Shown here: positions 53,530-63,304 of the stretch, one piece after another
How positions within the stretch are numbered: the first letter of the stretch is position 1
Layout: each line of letters starts with the position of its first letter
Source of the DNA: Methanosarcinales archaeon
Lineage (GTDB): Archaea; Halobacteriota; UBA148; JAUWXC01
Assembly: GCA_026016205.1 (NCBI GenBank)
Contig: CP061209.1
Span: 823,286-887,285, forward strand
Direction: 5' to 3'
Length of the DNA stretch: 64,000 nucleotides
Position numbers and translations under genes: made by a program
The notes under the pieces: model-generated
The model's database searches: none
What the model saw: the letters and a program-made list of their open reading frames with translations, nothing else
Told to the model about the DNA's origin: nothing

Positions 53530-53624
53530 TTTGATGGTTGATGATTAAGTTTGCTGTTTAAGGTGAGCGAAAAAGGCATAAAAGCAAGCGTTTGCCAGAT
53601 AAAAGACTTATCTCATTAGGCATA

Positions 53625-54029
53625 TTATAGTTCAGCGGGCAACTTTACCTCGATTTCTGCTATTTTTCTAAACATTTCATCCCTCGTAACCAAGACACAT
53701 CTGTGAACTTTGCATGTAGAGGCGATCATCGCATCTGGAAGTCTCGCCTTATATTTGGCTCTGATTATTGCTGCTTCTTTCGCGATGGACAAGTCTACAT
53801 CGATGATCGTGAAGTTGTTAATAGCCCTTATGTCTACGAGAAATCTTTCTCCTTTTTCGATTTCCCCTCTGGAGTGGAAGCCGCTCAGAATCTCTGCTAC
53901 GCAGATCACAGAGGTGAATCCAACATGTTTCCCCCTATGAATGTTTTCGAATAGTCTCTTCGCTAGTTGATAATTTTCTTCTTCGTTCAGAATGCTCAGG
54001 AAGATGTTGGCGTCTATAAATAGCCTCAT
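53625..54029 (-). CDS. vapC: VapC PIN toxin
   Basis: FIDANIF, AE, LPDAMIAST, VTRD. Confidence 0.9.
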   Translation of the reverse strand: MRLFIDANIFLSILNEEENYQLAKRLFENIHRGKHVGFTSVICVAEILSGFHSRGEIEKGERFLVDIRAINNFTIIDVDLSIAKEAAIIRAKYKARLPDAMIASTCKVHRCVLVTRDEMFRKIAEIEVKLPAEL

Positions 54030-54033
54030 GCGA

Positions 54034-54288
54034 TTACTTCTCTCGTTCTTTGCCTGTTCTGTGCTCCCATTCATCCCTCATTTGCATCTGGTACTCCAGA
54101 CTCTTTCCAAATATGCCCTTCCCCAGTCCAACAAGGTCTGCTATTGGATTCTTTGGAGCTTTCTTCAACACGATCTTCTCGTCTTCAATGTCGAATACCA
54201 CTTTTTCCCCTGTCTTGATGTCCAGCAGTCTTCTCAGCCGTTGGGGGATGGTGACCTGCCCCTTCTTTGTGATTTTGCTGCACTCCAT
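54034..54288 (-). CDS. AbrB-type antitoxin
   Basis: ITKKGQVTIP..LR..L.I..G; IR AGTATTAC-N6-GTAATACT at 54294-54315. Confidence 0.9.
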   Translation of the reverse strand: MECSKITKKGQVTIPQRLRRLLDIKTGEKVVFDIEDEKIVLKKAPKNPIADLVGLGKGIFGKSLEYQMQMRDEWEHRTGKEREK

Positions 54289-54457
54289 GATATAGTATTA
54301 CTGTTTGGTAATACTTAAGGGTTTTGGCGTGTCGTATGGTAGTTAAAAAAACTCGTAAACACTCTTATCGAAAATACTTGCGTGTGCTGAGCTAACTGAA
54401 AGTGCGTTAATAACCGATGGACTTAATATTGCAATGAGATTGCAAAAGACAGCCGAT

Positions 54458-55267
54458 CTATAGCCTCTCCCATCGTCTCTTCTGGTATACCACGACTGCT
54501 ATGATGAGGATGGCGATTATAATCCCCACATAAATCACGCGGCTTGTCAAGACCTGGTGCCCAGAGGCACCTCTTGCACTGTCATACGCCCTCACCGCAC
54601 TGTCATAGGCGTTGTCGGCGGCTGCGATCGACTCGTTCATCGCCCCTCGAACGTAAAATTCGTTGCTGTTGTTGAAATAAATCTTCGCGGTCTGGAGATA
54701 TTCCTCCGCCTGGGTTACATCTGCTCCAGCATCGCTGGCATCGGCGATGGTTTGCTCGGCCTCTACAATCTTGTTCCACGCCCTGTCTTTAGCCTCCTGA
54801 GCCTCGTCAATCTGTCCGCTCGTCACATATCTCGTAATCGTATATATCGTGCTCAGCGGATCGGGCGCTGTTTGCGTGACTTCTATCAGAACTTTCTCAG
54901 TCTTAACCCCTACCGGGGGGGCGTTGCCGCTTAACTTAATCGTTACGGTATTGTATTTATGATGGTCGAACACGAAACTAATTTTATTCTTGATATACGT
55001 CACAGGTGCTTCATCATTCATGATGATGTTCCAGATAGGGTTTACCAACTCCGTTCGCAGCTCAAGCCTCGTTGCCCCTTCTAGACTCGGGGTCGTTTCC
55101 TTCAGAACGAGTTGTGTGAACACATCTCCGCCGACGATCAAATCACCGCTCGGGGTGACAGTCTCGGACTCAAACTTGAAATTGGTCTCCGCGAGAACGG
55201 GTGTCGCGAGGGAGAGTAAAATCAGGATTGCCAATGCGAATGCACCCAATCTAGCGCCTCTCATCAT
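54458..55267 (-). CDS. Secreted/membrane-anchored protein (signal peptide, beta domain, helical hairpin, C-terminal TM)
   Basis: Hydropathy pattern; starts 10 nt downstream of cetZ stop. Confidence 0.75.
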   Translation of the reverse strand: MMRGARLGAFALAILILLSLATPVLAETNFKFESETVTPSGDLIVGGDVFTQLVLKETTPSLEGATRLELRTELVNPIWNIIMNDEAPVTYIKNKISFVFDHHKYNTVTIKLSGNAPPVGVKTEKVLIEVTQTAPDPLSTIYTITRYVTSGQIDEAQEAKDRAWNKIVEAEQTIADASDAGADVTQAEEYLQTAKIYFNNSNEFYVRGAMNESIAAADNAYDSAVRAYDSARGASGHQVLTSRVIYVGIIIAILIIAVVVYQKRRWERL

Positions 55268-55277
55268 ATCACACCAG

Positions 55278-56456
55278 TTAGAACAACGGCTTAAGCGATT
55301 TATCCGTGTCCATCAACTTGTCGTACTTCTTGCCGCTCTTGTTGGCAACCTCTTTAATGCTATCCTGCGCATCAACCGCAAGTTTCTGCAATTCCTTAAC
55401 CCTTGGAATCTCAGACACGCCAGACAAAAGGACCACGGCAGCCACATACCTGCTGGTAGGAATGGGATAATCGCCGCCCCTGACTTCTGTGCCGTCTATC
55501 ATATCCTCGATCCACACCTTTGCCCGGTCTATCCCCTTCCTGTTCAACTCGTCTGGAGGGCCTGCCAGTAACACCAGGGCCCTTTCAGCAGACCCGACGT
55601 CGCACTGCAGCGTTAATCGACCCATAACCGCTCTTCGCACCAGGGATGTTATTCGTGTGGTAGCGTCAAGTGTCTCTATAGATGCCTTTTTCCGTTTGAA
55701 CAAACTAGAGATTATATTAGAAAGGGAGCCGCTTTTGATGGGCAACTCCTCCCTTGCATAACCAATCACCGAGATGCCTCCGCCTTTTAATGTGTTGATT
55801 ATTTCGGAGGTGTCAACAACCAACTGGCCCACGCCGCTTCTCTCAAACCTTTCGCCCGCACCAATGAGGATGCCGAATCGCCTCACAACCTCATCATTCA
55901 TAGATGCATAAGCGTCCTTAAGCGTCTCGCCTTCCTTCTTCCACAACTCATTATCGAATAAGAAGAGATTGTCGACCTCTTTTGCCAGTGTCATGAAACT
56001 CCTGGCTGCGTTCAGGGTGTAGAGTCCACCCTCCTCCTTTGCCGGTAAAAGCCCAAGGGCATAGACGGGTTCGCTATACAGTGTTTTTAATCTGCGCGCC
56101 AGGACAGGTGCGCCACCAGAGCCGGTACCGCCACCCAGCCCGGCAACAATTAGAAATGCATCAATTTTATGAGTTCCCCTCTTATCAATGGCGCTCTGCA
56201 CCGTATAGATTTCATCAGTGGCTATTTTTGCACCAAGTTCGTTGTCTGCCCCTACGCCATGGCCTTTCACAATAGATTGCCCTATTAATACCCTATCCTC
56301 CATAGGTATATTCTTTACACCCATGAGATCTGCCTTGGCCGTGTTGATGCACATCGCCCTTTCAATGCTATGCTGACCCGTTCGCTTATCATACTCTACA
56401 AAAAGGTCTATTATCCTTCCGCCTGCTTGTCCATAACCGATTACGAACAGTTTCAT
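55278..56456 (-). CDS. cetZ: CetZ tubulin/FtsZ-superfamily GTPase
   Basis: G.GQAGG, NTAKADL, GHGVGADNELG, GGGTGSG, T7-like VVDTSEIINTL. Confidence 0.9.
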   Translation of the reverse strand: MKLFVIGYGQAGGRIIDLFVEYDKRTGQHSIERAMCINTAKADLMGVKNIPMEDRVLIGQSIVKGHGVGADNELGAKIATDEIYTVQSAIDKRGTHKIDAFLIVAGLGGGTGSGGAPVLARRLKTLYSEPVYALGLLPAKEEGGLYTLNAARSFMTLAKEVDNLFLFDNELWKKEGETLKDAYASMNDEVVRRFGILIGAGERFERSGVGQLVVDTSEIINTLKGGGISVIGYAREELPIKSGSLSNIISSLFKRKKASIETLDATTRITSLVRRAVMGRLTLQCDVGSAERALVLLAGPPDELNRKGIDRAKVWIEDMIDGTEVRGGDYPIPTSRYVAAVVLLSGVSEIPRVKELQKLAVDAQDSIKEVANKSGKKYDKLMDTDKSLKPLF

Positions 56457-56549
56457 TTATATCCTCTCACTAATTGTAAGTGTACCATCTCTTCTTTGAC
56501 TGCTAATTATGGATATAGATAGGATATACCACCCTATATAAATGTATTT

Positions 56550-57257
56550 TTAATGGGACTTGTCATGGCGAAGGATAAGATACTCATTGTAAGCGTTTGT
56601 TAGCCTAACAGCATCAACCGGCATCAACGCATGCCTGTCATCAATCGTGGGCAACTTGGATGCGTCAACGCCTTTTTCCAATTTTACAATTATGCCCAAT
56701 AAACTCAAAGTTGTGTTATCAAAAATGATGTCGCGTACTGTTCCCACAAGAGTGCCATCACCGTATATGACGCTCTGCCCTAACAAAGTCTTCGCAGATG
56801 CTCCAGGGGGTGCATCTTTATATTGATGCAGCAGGGATTCAACCAACCGGTCCCTTTTATCAAACATGTCTATGTTTATCCCCAGGAGTTTTGCGGGCCC
56901 CACAAGGTCCACGACGTCGCCTAGGCGGGTAAATTCCTCTTTAAAGCTGTACAGCATTGCATACACCAGGCACTGTGCATATGCAAACGGATAGTCCTTT
57001 GCAAATTTGCCATGAATTTTTCTGGCCCTTGCATCCTCGGGATTGCGGAGAAAGTCGTCTGCTATCTCCTTGACCTTGGACGCAAAGACGGCCTCTGCGT
57101 CTGACTCCTTCTTTAACGCACCAACAGCCCTCGGGATTGCAAATTTGATGTAATGTTCCAGGGACCTCTCGTCCACTGGCTCGAGTAGAAAATTCCAGGG
57201 AAACAGTCGCGATTGTAGATAGTTAAAGGCCTTATCTGCGCTTAGTTTTATCGACAT
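56550..57257 (-). CDS. Helical N-domain + C-terminal PRC-barrel protein
   Basis: AKTLLGQSVIYGDGTLVGTVRDIIFD..T..L.GIIV...P...V PRC pattern. Confidence 0.7.
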   Translation of the reverse strand: MSIKLSADKAFNYLQSRLFPWNFLLEPVDERSLEHYIKFAIPRAVGALKKESDAEAVFASKVKEIADDFLRNPEDARARKIHGKFAKDYPFAYAQCLVYAMLYSFKEEFTRLGDVVDLVGPAKLLGINIDMFDKRDRLVESLLHQYKDAPPGASAKTLLGQSVIYGDGTLVGTVRDIIFDNTTLSLLGIIVKLEKGVDASKLPTIDDRHALMPVDAVRLTNAYNEYLILRHDKSH

Positions 57258-58149
57258 GGTATTTCCTTATGAACGTGATAATCTGCTGTATTTTTGGTTT
57301 ATCTTCTTCAACTGGAGCGGGGGCCTCCATACTGCAGAGCTTCCATGCCCACCTTCCAAAATCCGTTACTTCGTACTTATCGCCATGCTTCTCGACCAGG
57401 GGACATTCCCATTCATCCTGCACCAGATACTTTAGCCCCTCTTCAAGCCTCTTATTATACATATCGGTTACGAGATCCTTGTATTCCTCATCCTCAATGT
57501 CACAGATTTCCTGAAGTTCCTTTAAAGTCAGTGCAGATTTTGAGTCGACTAAGATATTAAAAGCGATAAAGGCGTAGTCCTTTTCTTTAAGGCGCTGCCA
57601 GCTTATATCCACCTGATTTGGTATCCCCAGCACCTTTTTCGCCGATTCCTGGAGGATTGTAGTCACATAATTGAGAGAGCTGAGCGCTACAAGGTCACTG
57701 ACCTCCTGGGCTTTGAGGTGTATGCCCTTGGCAGATATGTCCGCATTTTTAAACTCAAGCTTGGATTGGGGTTTGTCAAAGAATATGTCCGTTATTGCCA
57801 TGAAATAGTCCTTGGAAATCGGTTCATGCTCGCTGTCATAGGGGAATATATCGCCCCTTCTTTGGTCCAGACTGGGAGCAAAATCGGATGTCAACTCGAG
57901 GAGTTCAGATATGACTTCAGAGATGTTCGCATAAGCACCCTCTGTTTCGCTCGTAATCGCTTTCAGTTCACGTGCCTTCTTCTCTAAGTCCAACCTTAAT
58001 TTGCCGGTGATGCCTTTTTCGAGTAACTTTTCAATCTCTTCTAACTCCTTCCTCTTGTTATCCATTTCTTCGGCATCGATGTCCTTCTTAAGAGACCGGT
58101 ATTTTTCGGCCAGGGTGTTTATCCGTTCGTTAAAGGCAACCTTACTCAT
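57232..58149 (-). CDS. Coiled-coil protein with possible C-terminal winged helix
   Basis: Heptad-rich N-terminus; LTLKEL..I...L..L....LVEK.GDKYEVTDFG. Confidence 0.65.
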   Translation of the reverse strand: MSKVAFNERINTLAEKYRSLKKDIDAEEMDNKRKELEEIEKLLEKGITGKLRLDLEKKARELKAITSETEGAYANISEVISELLELTSDFAPSLDQRRGDIFPYDSEHEPISKDYFMAITDIFFDKPQSKLEFKNADISAKGIHLKAQEVSDLVALSSLNYVTTILQESAKKVLGIPNQVDISWQRLKEKDYAFIAFNILVDSKSALTLKELQEICDIEDEEYKDLVTDMYNKRLEEGLKYLVQDEWECPLVEKHGDKYEVTDFGRWAWKLCSMEAPAPVEEDKPKIQQIITFIRKYHVDKTKRR

Positions 58150-58205
58150 AGCACATCTCCATCGGTAACATAAATTACTAGGTGAGGTATATAATAGTTG
58201 TTAGT

Positions 58206-59408
58206 ATGAAATACATGGCACTCGTCGGAGATGGAATGGCCGATTACCCCTTAGAGGAGTTAAACGGCAAGACGCCCCTGCAGGCTGCCTATACGCCAAA
58301 CATGGATTTCATCGCAGGCAATGGAAGGAATGGTGTCGTAAGGACCGTGCCAGAGGGCATGGTGCCCGGTAGTGACATCGCGAATTTATCCATCATGGGC
58401 TATGACCCAAGGAAATATTATCCGGGCAGGGGACCTCTCGAGGCTGCAAGCATGGGCATTTCTCTTGACAGGGATGAAGTGGCATTCAGGTGCAATCTCG
58501 TAACCGTGAAAAATGGCGTGCTCATCGATTACAGCGCGGGACATATTTCAAGCGAAGAGGCGCGAACCTTAATCGAATACCTCGATGAAAAATTGGATGG
58601 CAATGCCCGCTTTTATCCGGGGGTTAGTTACAGGCACATACTGGTGCTCAAAGGGAGTGAAGATGTGACGTGCACGCCCCCACACGACATTGTTGAGCGC
58701 CCCATCGAAGAATATTTGCCCATGGGCAGGGATGCGGAAATTTTGAGGAAACTGATGCATAACTCCGTCCAGCTTTTAGAAGACCATGAGGTCAACGTAA
58801 AACGAGGAGGAGAGAGCAAAAATCCTGCCAACATGATATGGCCCTGGAGTCCTGGAAAATCGCCAAATATGCCATCCTTTGAGGAAAAATTTGGCGTCAG
58901 GGGCTCTGTAATTGCGGCGGTTGACCTGATAAAGGGCATCGGTAAATGCATTGGGCTTAAAGTCATCGACGTGCCGGGCGCCACCGGATACCTGGACACC
59001 AATTATGGGGGGAAGGCTGATTATGCGCTCAGGTCTCTTGTTGATGGAGACTTTTGCTTCGTGCACGTGGAGGCCCCGGATGAGGCGGGGCACAGCGGAG
59101 ACATGGAAGCAAAGATAAAAGCCATAGAGAACTTTGACGAAAAGGTTGTTGGGAGGGTGCTAAGGGGGCTGAAGAGATACGATGAATACAAGATTATGGT
59201 ATTGCCAGACCACCCAACGCCGATTTCGATTAGAACGCATACCTGCGACGAAGTCCCATTCGCCATCTTCTCGCCAAGTGAGGCTGCAGACGATGTGGAA
59301 AGGTTCGACGAATTCTCTGCTAGAAGGGGCTCTTTGGGAGCGATTGAAGGGAGAGAACTGATGGAACTTTTCATTAAAGGAGAGAGGTTGTATGAAAAAA
59401 GCATCTAA
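58206..59408 (+). CDS. apgM: Cofactor-independent phosphoglycerate mutase
   Basis: GDGMAD, PGSDIAN, GRGPLEA, HVEAPDEAGH, PDHPTP. Confidence 0.93.
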   Translation: MKYMALVGDGMADYPLEELNGKTPLQAAYTPNMDFIAGNGRNGVVRTVPEGMVPGSDIANLSIMGYDPRKYYPGRGPLEAASMGISLDRDEVAFRCNLVTVKNGVLIDYSAGHISSEEARTLIEYLDEKLDGNARFYPGVSYRHILVLKGSEDVTCTPPHDIVERPIEEYLPMGRDAEILRKLMHNSVQLLEDHEVNVKRGGESKNPANMIWPWSPGKSPNMPSFEEKFGVRGSVIAAVDLIKGIGKCIGLKVIDVPGATGYLDTNYGGKADYALRSLVDGDFCFVHVEAPDEAGHSGDMEAKIKAIENFDEKVVGRVLRGLKRYDEYKIMVLPDHPTPISIRTHTCDEVPFAIFSPSEAADDVERFDEFSARRGSLGAIEGRELMELFIKGERLYEKSI

Positions 59409-59937
59409 AATCGCACTTATCTTATTTATAGCAGCAATAGTAGTGGCATCTGCACTCTTATATGCTGGGCATGACGCGAGCGGTCCTGCGCCGACACCGA
59501 CTCCTACGCCAACCCTGCCAGAGGGGCATCCGCCGATACCGAGTGCGAGAATAAAAACGATATCATTCGACAAGGACACGTATTATGCTGGTGATACAGT
59601 GGTCGCAATACTGGAAGTGGAGAATACAGGAGATGCAAGCATCACCTCTGAAAGAGTCGATATCAGGGCCACATGCACGAGGTTAGATGACCCCATTGCA
59701 AACTTTGCCCTTCAATTCAAAAGCGAGGAAGAGAGAACGACGACCTACCCCGTGGAATTTTCTGAGCTGATAGAGCCGGGACAAACAGGAACGTTGGCTG
59801 CTGCTTTTAACACGCCGGCAGAGGTAGAGGTGAGCGGGACAAAAGTAAGCCTGGCAGGCGATTACAACATAATGGCAACACTGAGCGTGGACGGCGTAAC
59901 CGTAGACGCAAAGGAGTTGACGTTAACTCTTCATTGA
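59392..59937 (+). CDS. Membrane-anchored Ig-like protein with Pro/Thr linker
   Basis: N-terminal TM, PTPTPTPTLPEGHPP, beta-rich body. Confidence 0.65.
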   Translation: MKKASKIALILFIAAIVVASALLYAGHDASGPAPTPTPTPTLPEGHPPIPSARIKTISFDKDTYYAGDTVVAILEVENTGDASITSERVDIRATCTRLDDPIANFALQFKSEEERTTTYPVEFSELIEPGQTGTLAAAFNTPAEVEVSGTKVSLAGDYNIMATLSVDGVTVDAKELTLTLH

Positions 59938-59940
59938 GGT

Positions 59941-60708
59941 GTGGTTTTGCATATGGAGGCATTTACCGTCCAGAGAATTCCCTTGATTCGAGAGGGGGAT
60001 GACGTTGGCACGATTATATCCAACTCCGCGCAATTAGAAGATAGAGATATAATCGTCATTGCATCCTCGATTGTCGCAAAGTCAGAAGGGAGGGTGCTTC
60101 GGCTGGAGGATGTTACGCCGGGCGCTGAGGCAAAACGAATCGCGCGCGTGAACGACGAAGATGCGAGATTTGTCCAAGTGGTCTTGAATGAGAGTGAAGA
60201 GGTGCTAATCGAGAGCCCGTTCATGTTGACTCAGACTCATACAGGGCACATCTGCGTGAATGCTGGCGCGGATAGGTCCAATGTAGAGGGTGGATTCGTT
60301 TTATTATTGCCAAAAGACCCTGATGGAAGCGCGAAGAGGATTAGGGATGCGATTAAAAGGGAAACTAACAAGCATGTCTGCGTGATTATCGCCGATACCT
60401 GTGGCAGGCCATTCAGGATAGGACAGACCGGCATCGCAATTGGATGCGCTGGCATTTCGCCAACAAAGGACTGGAGAGGAGAAAAAGACCTGTTCGGCAG
60501 GACGTTAGAGGCAACTAATGAGGTGGTCATCGACGAACTGGCGGGCTTTGCAAATCTGATGATGGGGGAAGGAAAAGATGCAACTCCAGTGGTGATAATC
60601 CGTGGCGCAAAGTGGCAGGAGAGCGAGGAGGGGGGTCGCGAAATTCACAGGCCAGACACTGAGGATTTGATTAAGATGGCTCTCAGGGCAAGTAAAGATA
60701 GGCGATAA
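59941..60708 (+). CDS. cofE: F420-0:L-glutamate ligase
   Basis: IVAKSEG, CVNAG.D.SN, DT.GRPFR.GQ, DELA..ANL.MGEG. Confidence 0.92.
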   Translation: MVLHMEAFTVQRIPLIREGDDVGTIISNSAQLEDRDIIVIASSIVAKSEGRVLRLEDVTPGAEAKRIARVNDEDARFVQVVLNESEEVLIESPFMLTQTHTGHICVNAGADRSNVEGGFVLLLPKDPDGSAKRIRDAIKRETNKHVCVIIADTCGRPFRIGQTGIAIGCAGISPTKDWRGEKDLFGRTLEATNEVVIDELAGFANLMMGEGKDATPVVIIRGAKWQESEEGGREIHRPDTEDLIKMALRASKDRR

Positions 60709-60751
60709 GGGGTTTGTTTTAAAGCATATTTTATAATCGTAATGCTAAACC

Positions 60752-61150
60752 CTAAAGGTCTTCCTGCCTCTTGTTCACCCAGTACCAGATTGTCTGCGCA
60801 GAAATATTTCTCTTAACCTTATCCGAGATGTGTTTGGCTATTTTTTCGTATCCCCATCTCTTTTGCGCCCTTAGCTTCCTCGCATCCTTAACAAGGTTCC
60901 AGTCATAACGGTCTGCATATCCCACCAGTCTTTTAATGCCGTGCATACCCAGCATGGTGTGCACGAATGGGTGCAGACTGTCAACGATACTGGGGGGGAA
61001 TTGCAACGCCTTCACGTTTTTCCTCGTTCGTATAATCTCGCCGATGTCCTGCAAACTCATCTTGTAGCCGATGTGGACCGCAGTGGCATCCTTAGGAATC
61101 TTCTTGATATCCTCTTTTCGATAAACGACAAAATTCACTTCTTCTATCAT
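60752..61150 (-). CDS. DUF1699-like domain + C-terminal HTH
   Basis: VHI...S..DI......VKALQ.P.S pattern then YEKIAKHI...ISAQTIWYW. Confidence 0.6.
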   Translation of the reverse strand: MIEEVNFVVYRKEDIKKIPKDATAVHIGYKMSLQDIGEIIRTRKNVKALQFPPSIVDSLHPFVHTMLGMHGIKRLVGYADRYDWNLVKDARKLRAQKRWGYEKIAKHISDKVKRNISAQTIWYWVNKRQEDL

Positions 61151-61217
61151 GTCATCTCCTGATATATCTCATATTATTTATATTTAATAAATGTTGGCAA
61201 ATTTTTAGAGGCAGAAA

Positions 61218-61335
61218 TGCCCCAGCCGGGATTTGAACCCGGGTCTTAGACTGTCTGCACAGACTTTTTGATCAAACTTTTTGGTAAAAAGTTTGTGCCG
61301 CAGGCCTAAAGGATAGTCCACTACCCTACTAGGGC
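61218..61335 (-). tRNA. tRNA-Arg(GCG) with 45-nt intron at 37/38 (61253-61297)
   Basis: GCCCTAG/CTGGGGC acceptor, TAGGC-CTGCGG^A-GTCTA anticodon arm, CCGGG-TTCAAAT-CCCGG T arm; BHB helix CTGC/GCAG with GGC and ACA bulges. Confidence 0.9.
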
Positions 61336-61380
61336 GCATTTATACTATAACATATTATAACATTCATAAACCTGTCGTGG

Positions 61381-62514
61381 TCATTTGTCCAGCGTTCTCA
61401 CAATTCTAGCGATGTCGTTTCCCACATCCGATGTTTTGGATGCGCCGCCCATATCAGGCGTCCTGACTTTGCCCTCTTTGATGTTTTGCCCTATCGCCCT
61501 CAGCACAGAACCTGCTGCCTCTTTCTCGCCCAGGTGTTCTAACAGCATCGCACCAGCCCAGATTGTAGCAATTGGATTTGCCTTCTGCATGCCCTTGTAC
61601 TTTGGCGCAGAACCATGAATTGGCTCGAACATGCTCGTTCCCTCAGGATTGATGTTTCCACCCGGCGCGAGCCCCATGCCGCCCTGAATCATCGCACCCA
61701 AATCGGTGATGATATCACCAAACATGTTAGGCGTAACCACCACATCGAACCACTCTGGATTCTTCACGAACCACATTGTAATCGCATCCACATAGTTAAA
61801 GTCGGTCTTAACATCAGGATAGTCAGTCGCAACCTTCCTGAAAATCTCGCGCCAGAAGCCGTATATGTCTGGCAGCACATTCGCCTTGTCAACGCTGGAA
61901 AGATGTTTTTTCCTCTCCCTAGAGAGTTCGAACGCATATCGAATGACGCGTTCTGTGCCTTTCCTGCTAATCAGCCCAATCTGATATGCGATTTCATCAG
62001 CATCCGAATCAATGTCAATGTCAAACTTGACCTTGTACAATTTCCGCACAACTTCCAATTCTTGATGGGTCCTGCCCTCTTTTGCCCCACCGCCAATTCC
62101 AATATAGAAGTCTTCAGTATTCTCCCTCACGACGACGAAGTCAATGTCATCAGGTCCCTTGTCCTTCAAAGGCGTCCAGATGCCCTCTAACAACTTGATG
62201 GGTCTGAGATTGATATACTGGTCGAAGTAAAATCTCATCGCCAGTAGAATACCCTTTTCTAGTATGCCCGGCTCGATCCTATCATCACCTACCGCACCCA
62301 GATAAAGCGCCCTGTATTTTTCCAGCTCGCGCAACGTATCCTCTGGCATCAACTCGCCAGTCGCCAGGTAATGGTCTGCTCCATGCGGATAGTCAATCCA
62401 CTCCAGCTCAAAGCCATGTTTTTCTGATGCTGCATCCAGAACCTTTTTGCCTTCGGCTATTACCTCTGGCCCTATGCCGTCTCCGGCTATAACAGGGACT
62501 TTATACTGTGCCAT
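61381..62514 (-). CDS. leuB: 3-isopropylmalate dehydrogenase family
   Basis: [36 protein letters not shown]; downstream of leuCD. Confidence 0.85.
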   Translation of the reverse strand: MAQYKVPVIAGDGIGPEVIAEGKKVLDAASEKHGFELEWIDYPHGADHYLATGELMPEDTLRELEKYRALYLGAVGDDRIEPGILEKGILLAMRFYFDQYINLRPIKLLEGIWTPLKDKGPDDIDFVVVRENTEDFYIGIGGGAKEGRTHQELEVVRKLYKVKFDIDIDSDADEIAYQIGLISRKGTERVIRYAFELSRERKKHLSSVDKANVLPDIYGFWREIFRKVATDYPDVKTDFNYVDAITMWFVKNPEWFDVVVTPNMFGDIITDLGAMIQGGMGLAPGGNINPEGTSMFEPIHGSAPKYKGMQKANPIATIWAGAMLLEHLGEKEAAGSVLRAIGQNIKEGKVRTPDMGGASKTSDVGNDIARIVRTLDK

Positions 62515-62555
62515 GATTATTCTCCTCTTTGAACGTCTCACTAATAAGCACTACT

Positions 62556-63002
62556 TCACAATAACCCTTCTAGTTTTTGTTTCCAGTTTCTCGTTTTTAA
62601 ATCGACCCACTTGTCACCAAAAATTTTGTATTTATTGTCTGTACTTAAAATGGCTGACACATCACACTTTTGAGTGGTGGCCATGTATATTGAGTCAAAC
62701 GGCGTTGCGCCGACTTCAGTCGAAATAGCGCACCCCTCGTGAACAACGAGATCGTCCATTTGAACAAAATCAATCGGTAGGTCTCGAAGATTTGTGATGG
62801 CTTCAAAAATTAAGCCTATGTCCTGATCCCTATAGAATACGAGGTATATCTCTAATAAGGCAGCGGACGAGGTAACGAGAGTTATGTCTTTGTTTTGCGC
62901 CATCGTTAGAATCTGCTTGGCAATCGGCTTCAGCCAGTCGCTCTTCTTCAAATACGCGATTAAGATATCTGATTCGACAAAAACTCTTTTACTCAGAGAC
63001 AT
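62556..63002 (-). CDS. PIN-domain toxin
   Basis: FVESDILIAY, LLE, PFDSI, ILSTD. Confidence 0.82.
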   Translation of the reverse strand: MSLSKRVFVESDILIAYLKKSDWLKPIAKQILTMAQNKDITLVTSSAALLEIYLVFYRDQDIGLIFEAITNLRDLPIDFVQMDDLVVHEGCAISTEVGATPFDSIYMATTQKCDVSAILSTDNKYKIFGDKWVDLKTRNWKQKLEGLL

Positions 63003-63249
63003 ACCTCGCAAAGGTCTTGGCTTTTTTTATGGCTACCTTCTTCAATTCTTGCACCGATCTTAGCTCATCAAATATGCCTTCTAACTTCCTCATTGGATCC
63101 TTGGATTCGGGAGCGGGCACCATTAACGCCTTATCGCCCAGTTGGATGAACAAAACCCTATCTCCTTGGGATATATCCAGTGATTCTCTAATGCTTTTGG
63201 GTATAGTAACTTGGCCTTTTCTGGTAATGGTGGATTCCATTTTTTTCAC
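62989..63249 (-). CDS. AbrB-type antitoxin
   Basis: ITRKGQVTIPKSIR..L.I..GD; IR AGTACTAC-N12-GTAGTACT at 63251-63278. Confidence 0.9.
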   Translation of the reverse strand: MKKMESTITRKGQVTIPKSIRESLDISQGDRVLFIQLGDKALMVPAPESKDPMRKLEGIFDELRSVQELKKVAIKKAKTFARYVSE

Positions 63250-63304
63250 CAGTACTACATTTTATGTTTAGTAGTACTTATAGATTGCTCCCATATCGCT
63301 CTTA

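Noticed and set aside
61218-61335. tRNA-His call suggested by the GGGTAGTGG..TATCC D-arm
   Set aside because: After removing the BHB intron the anticodon is GCG and the discriminator is A, so it is Arg.
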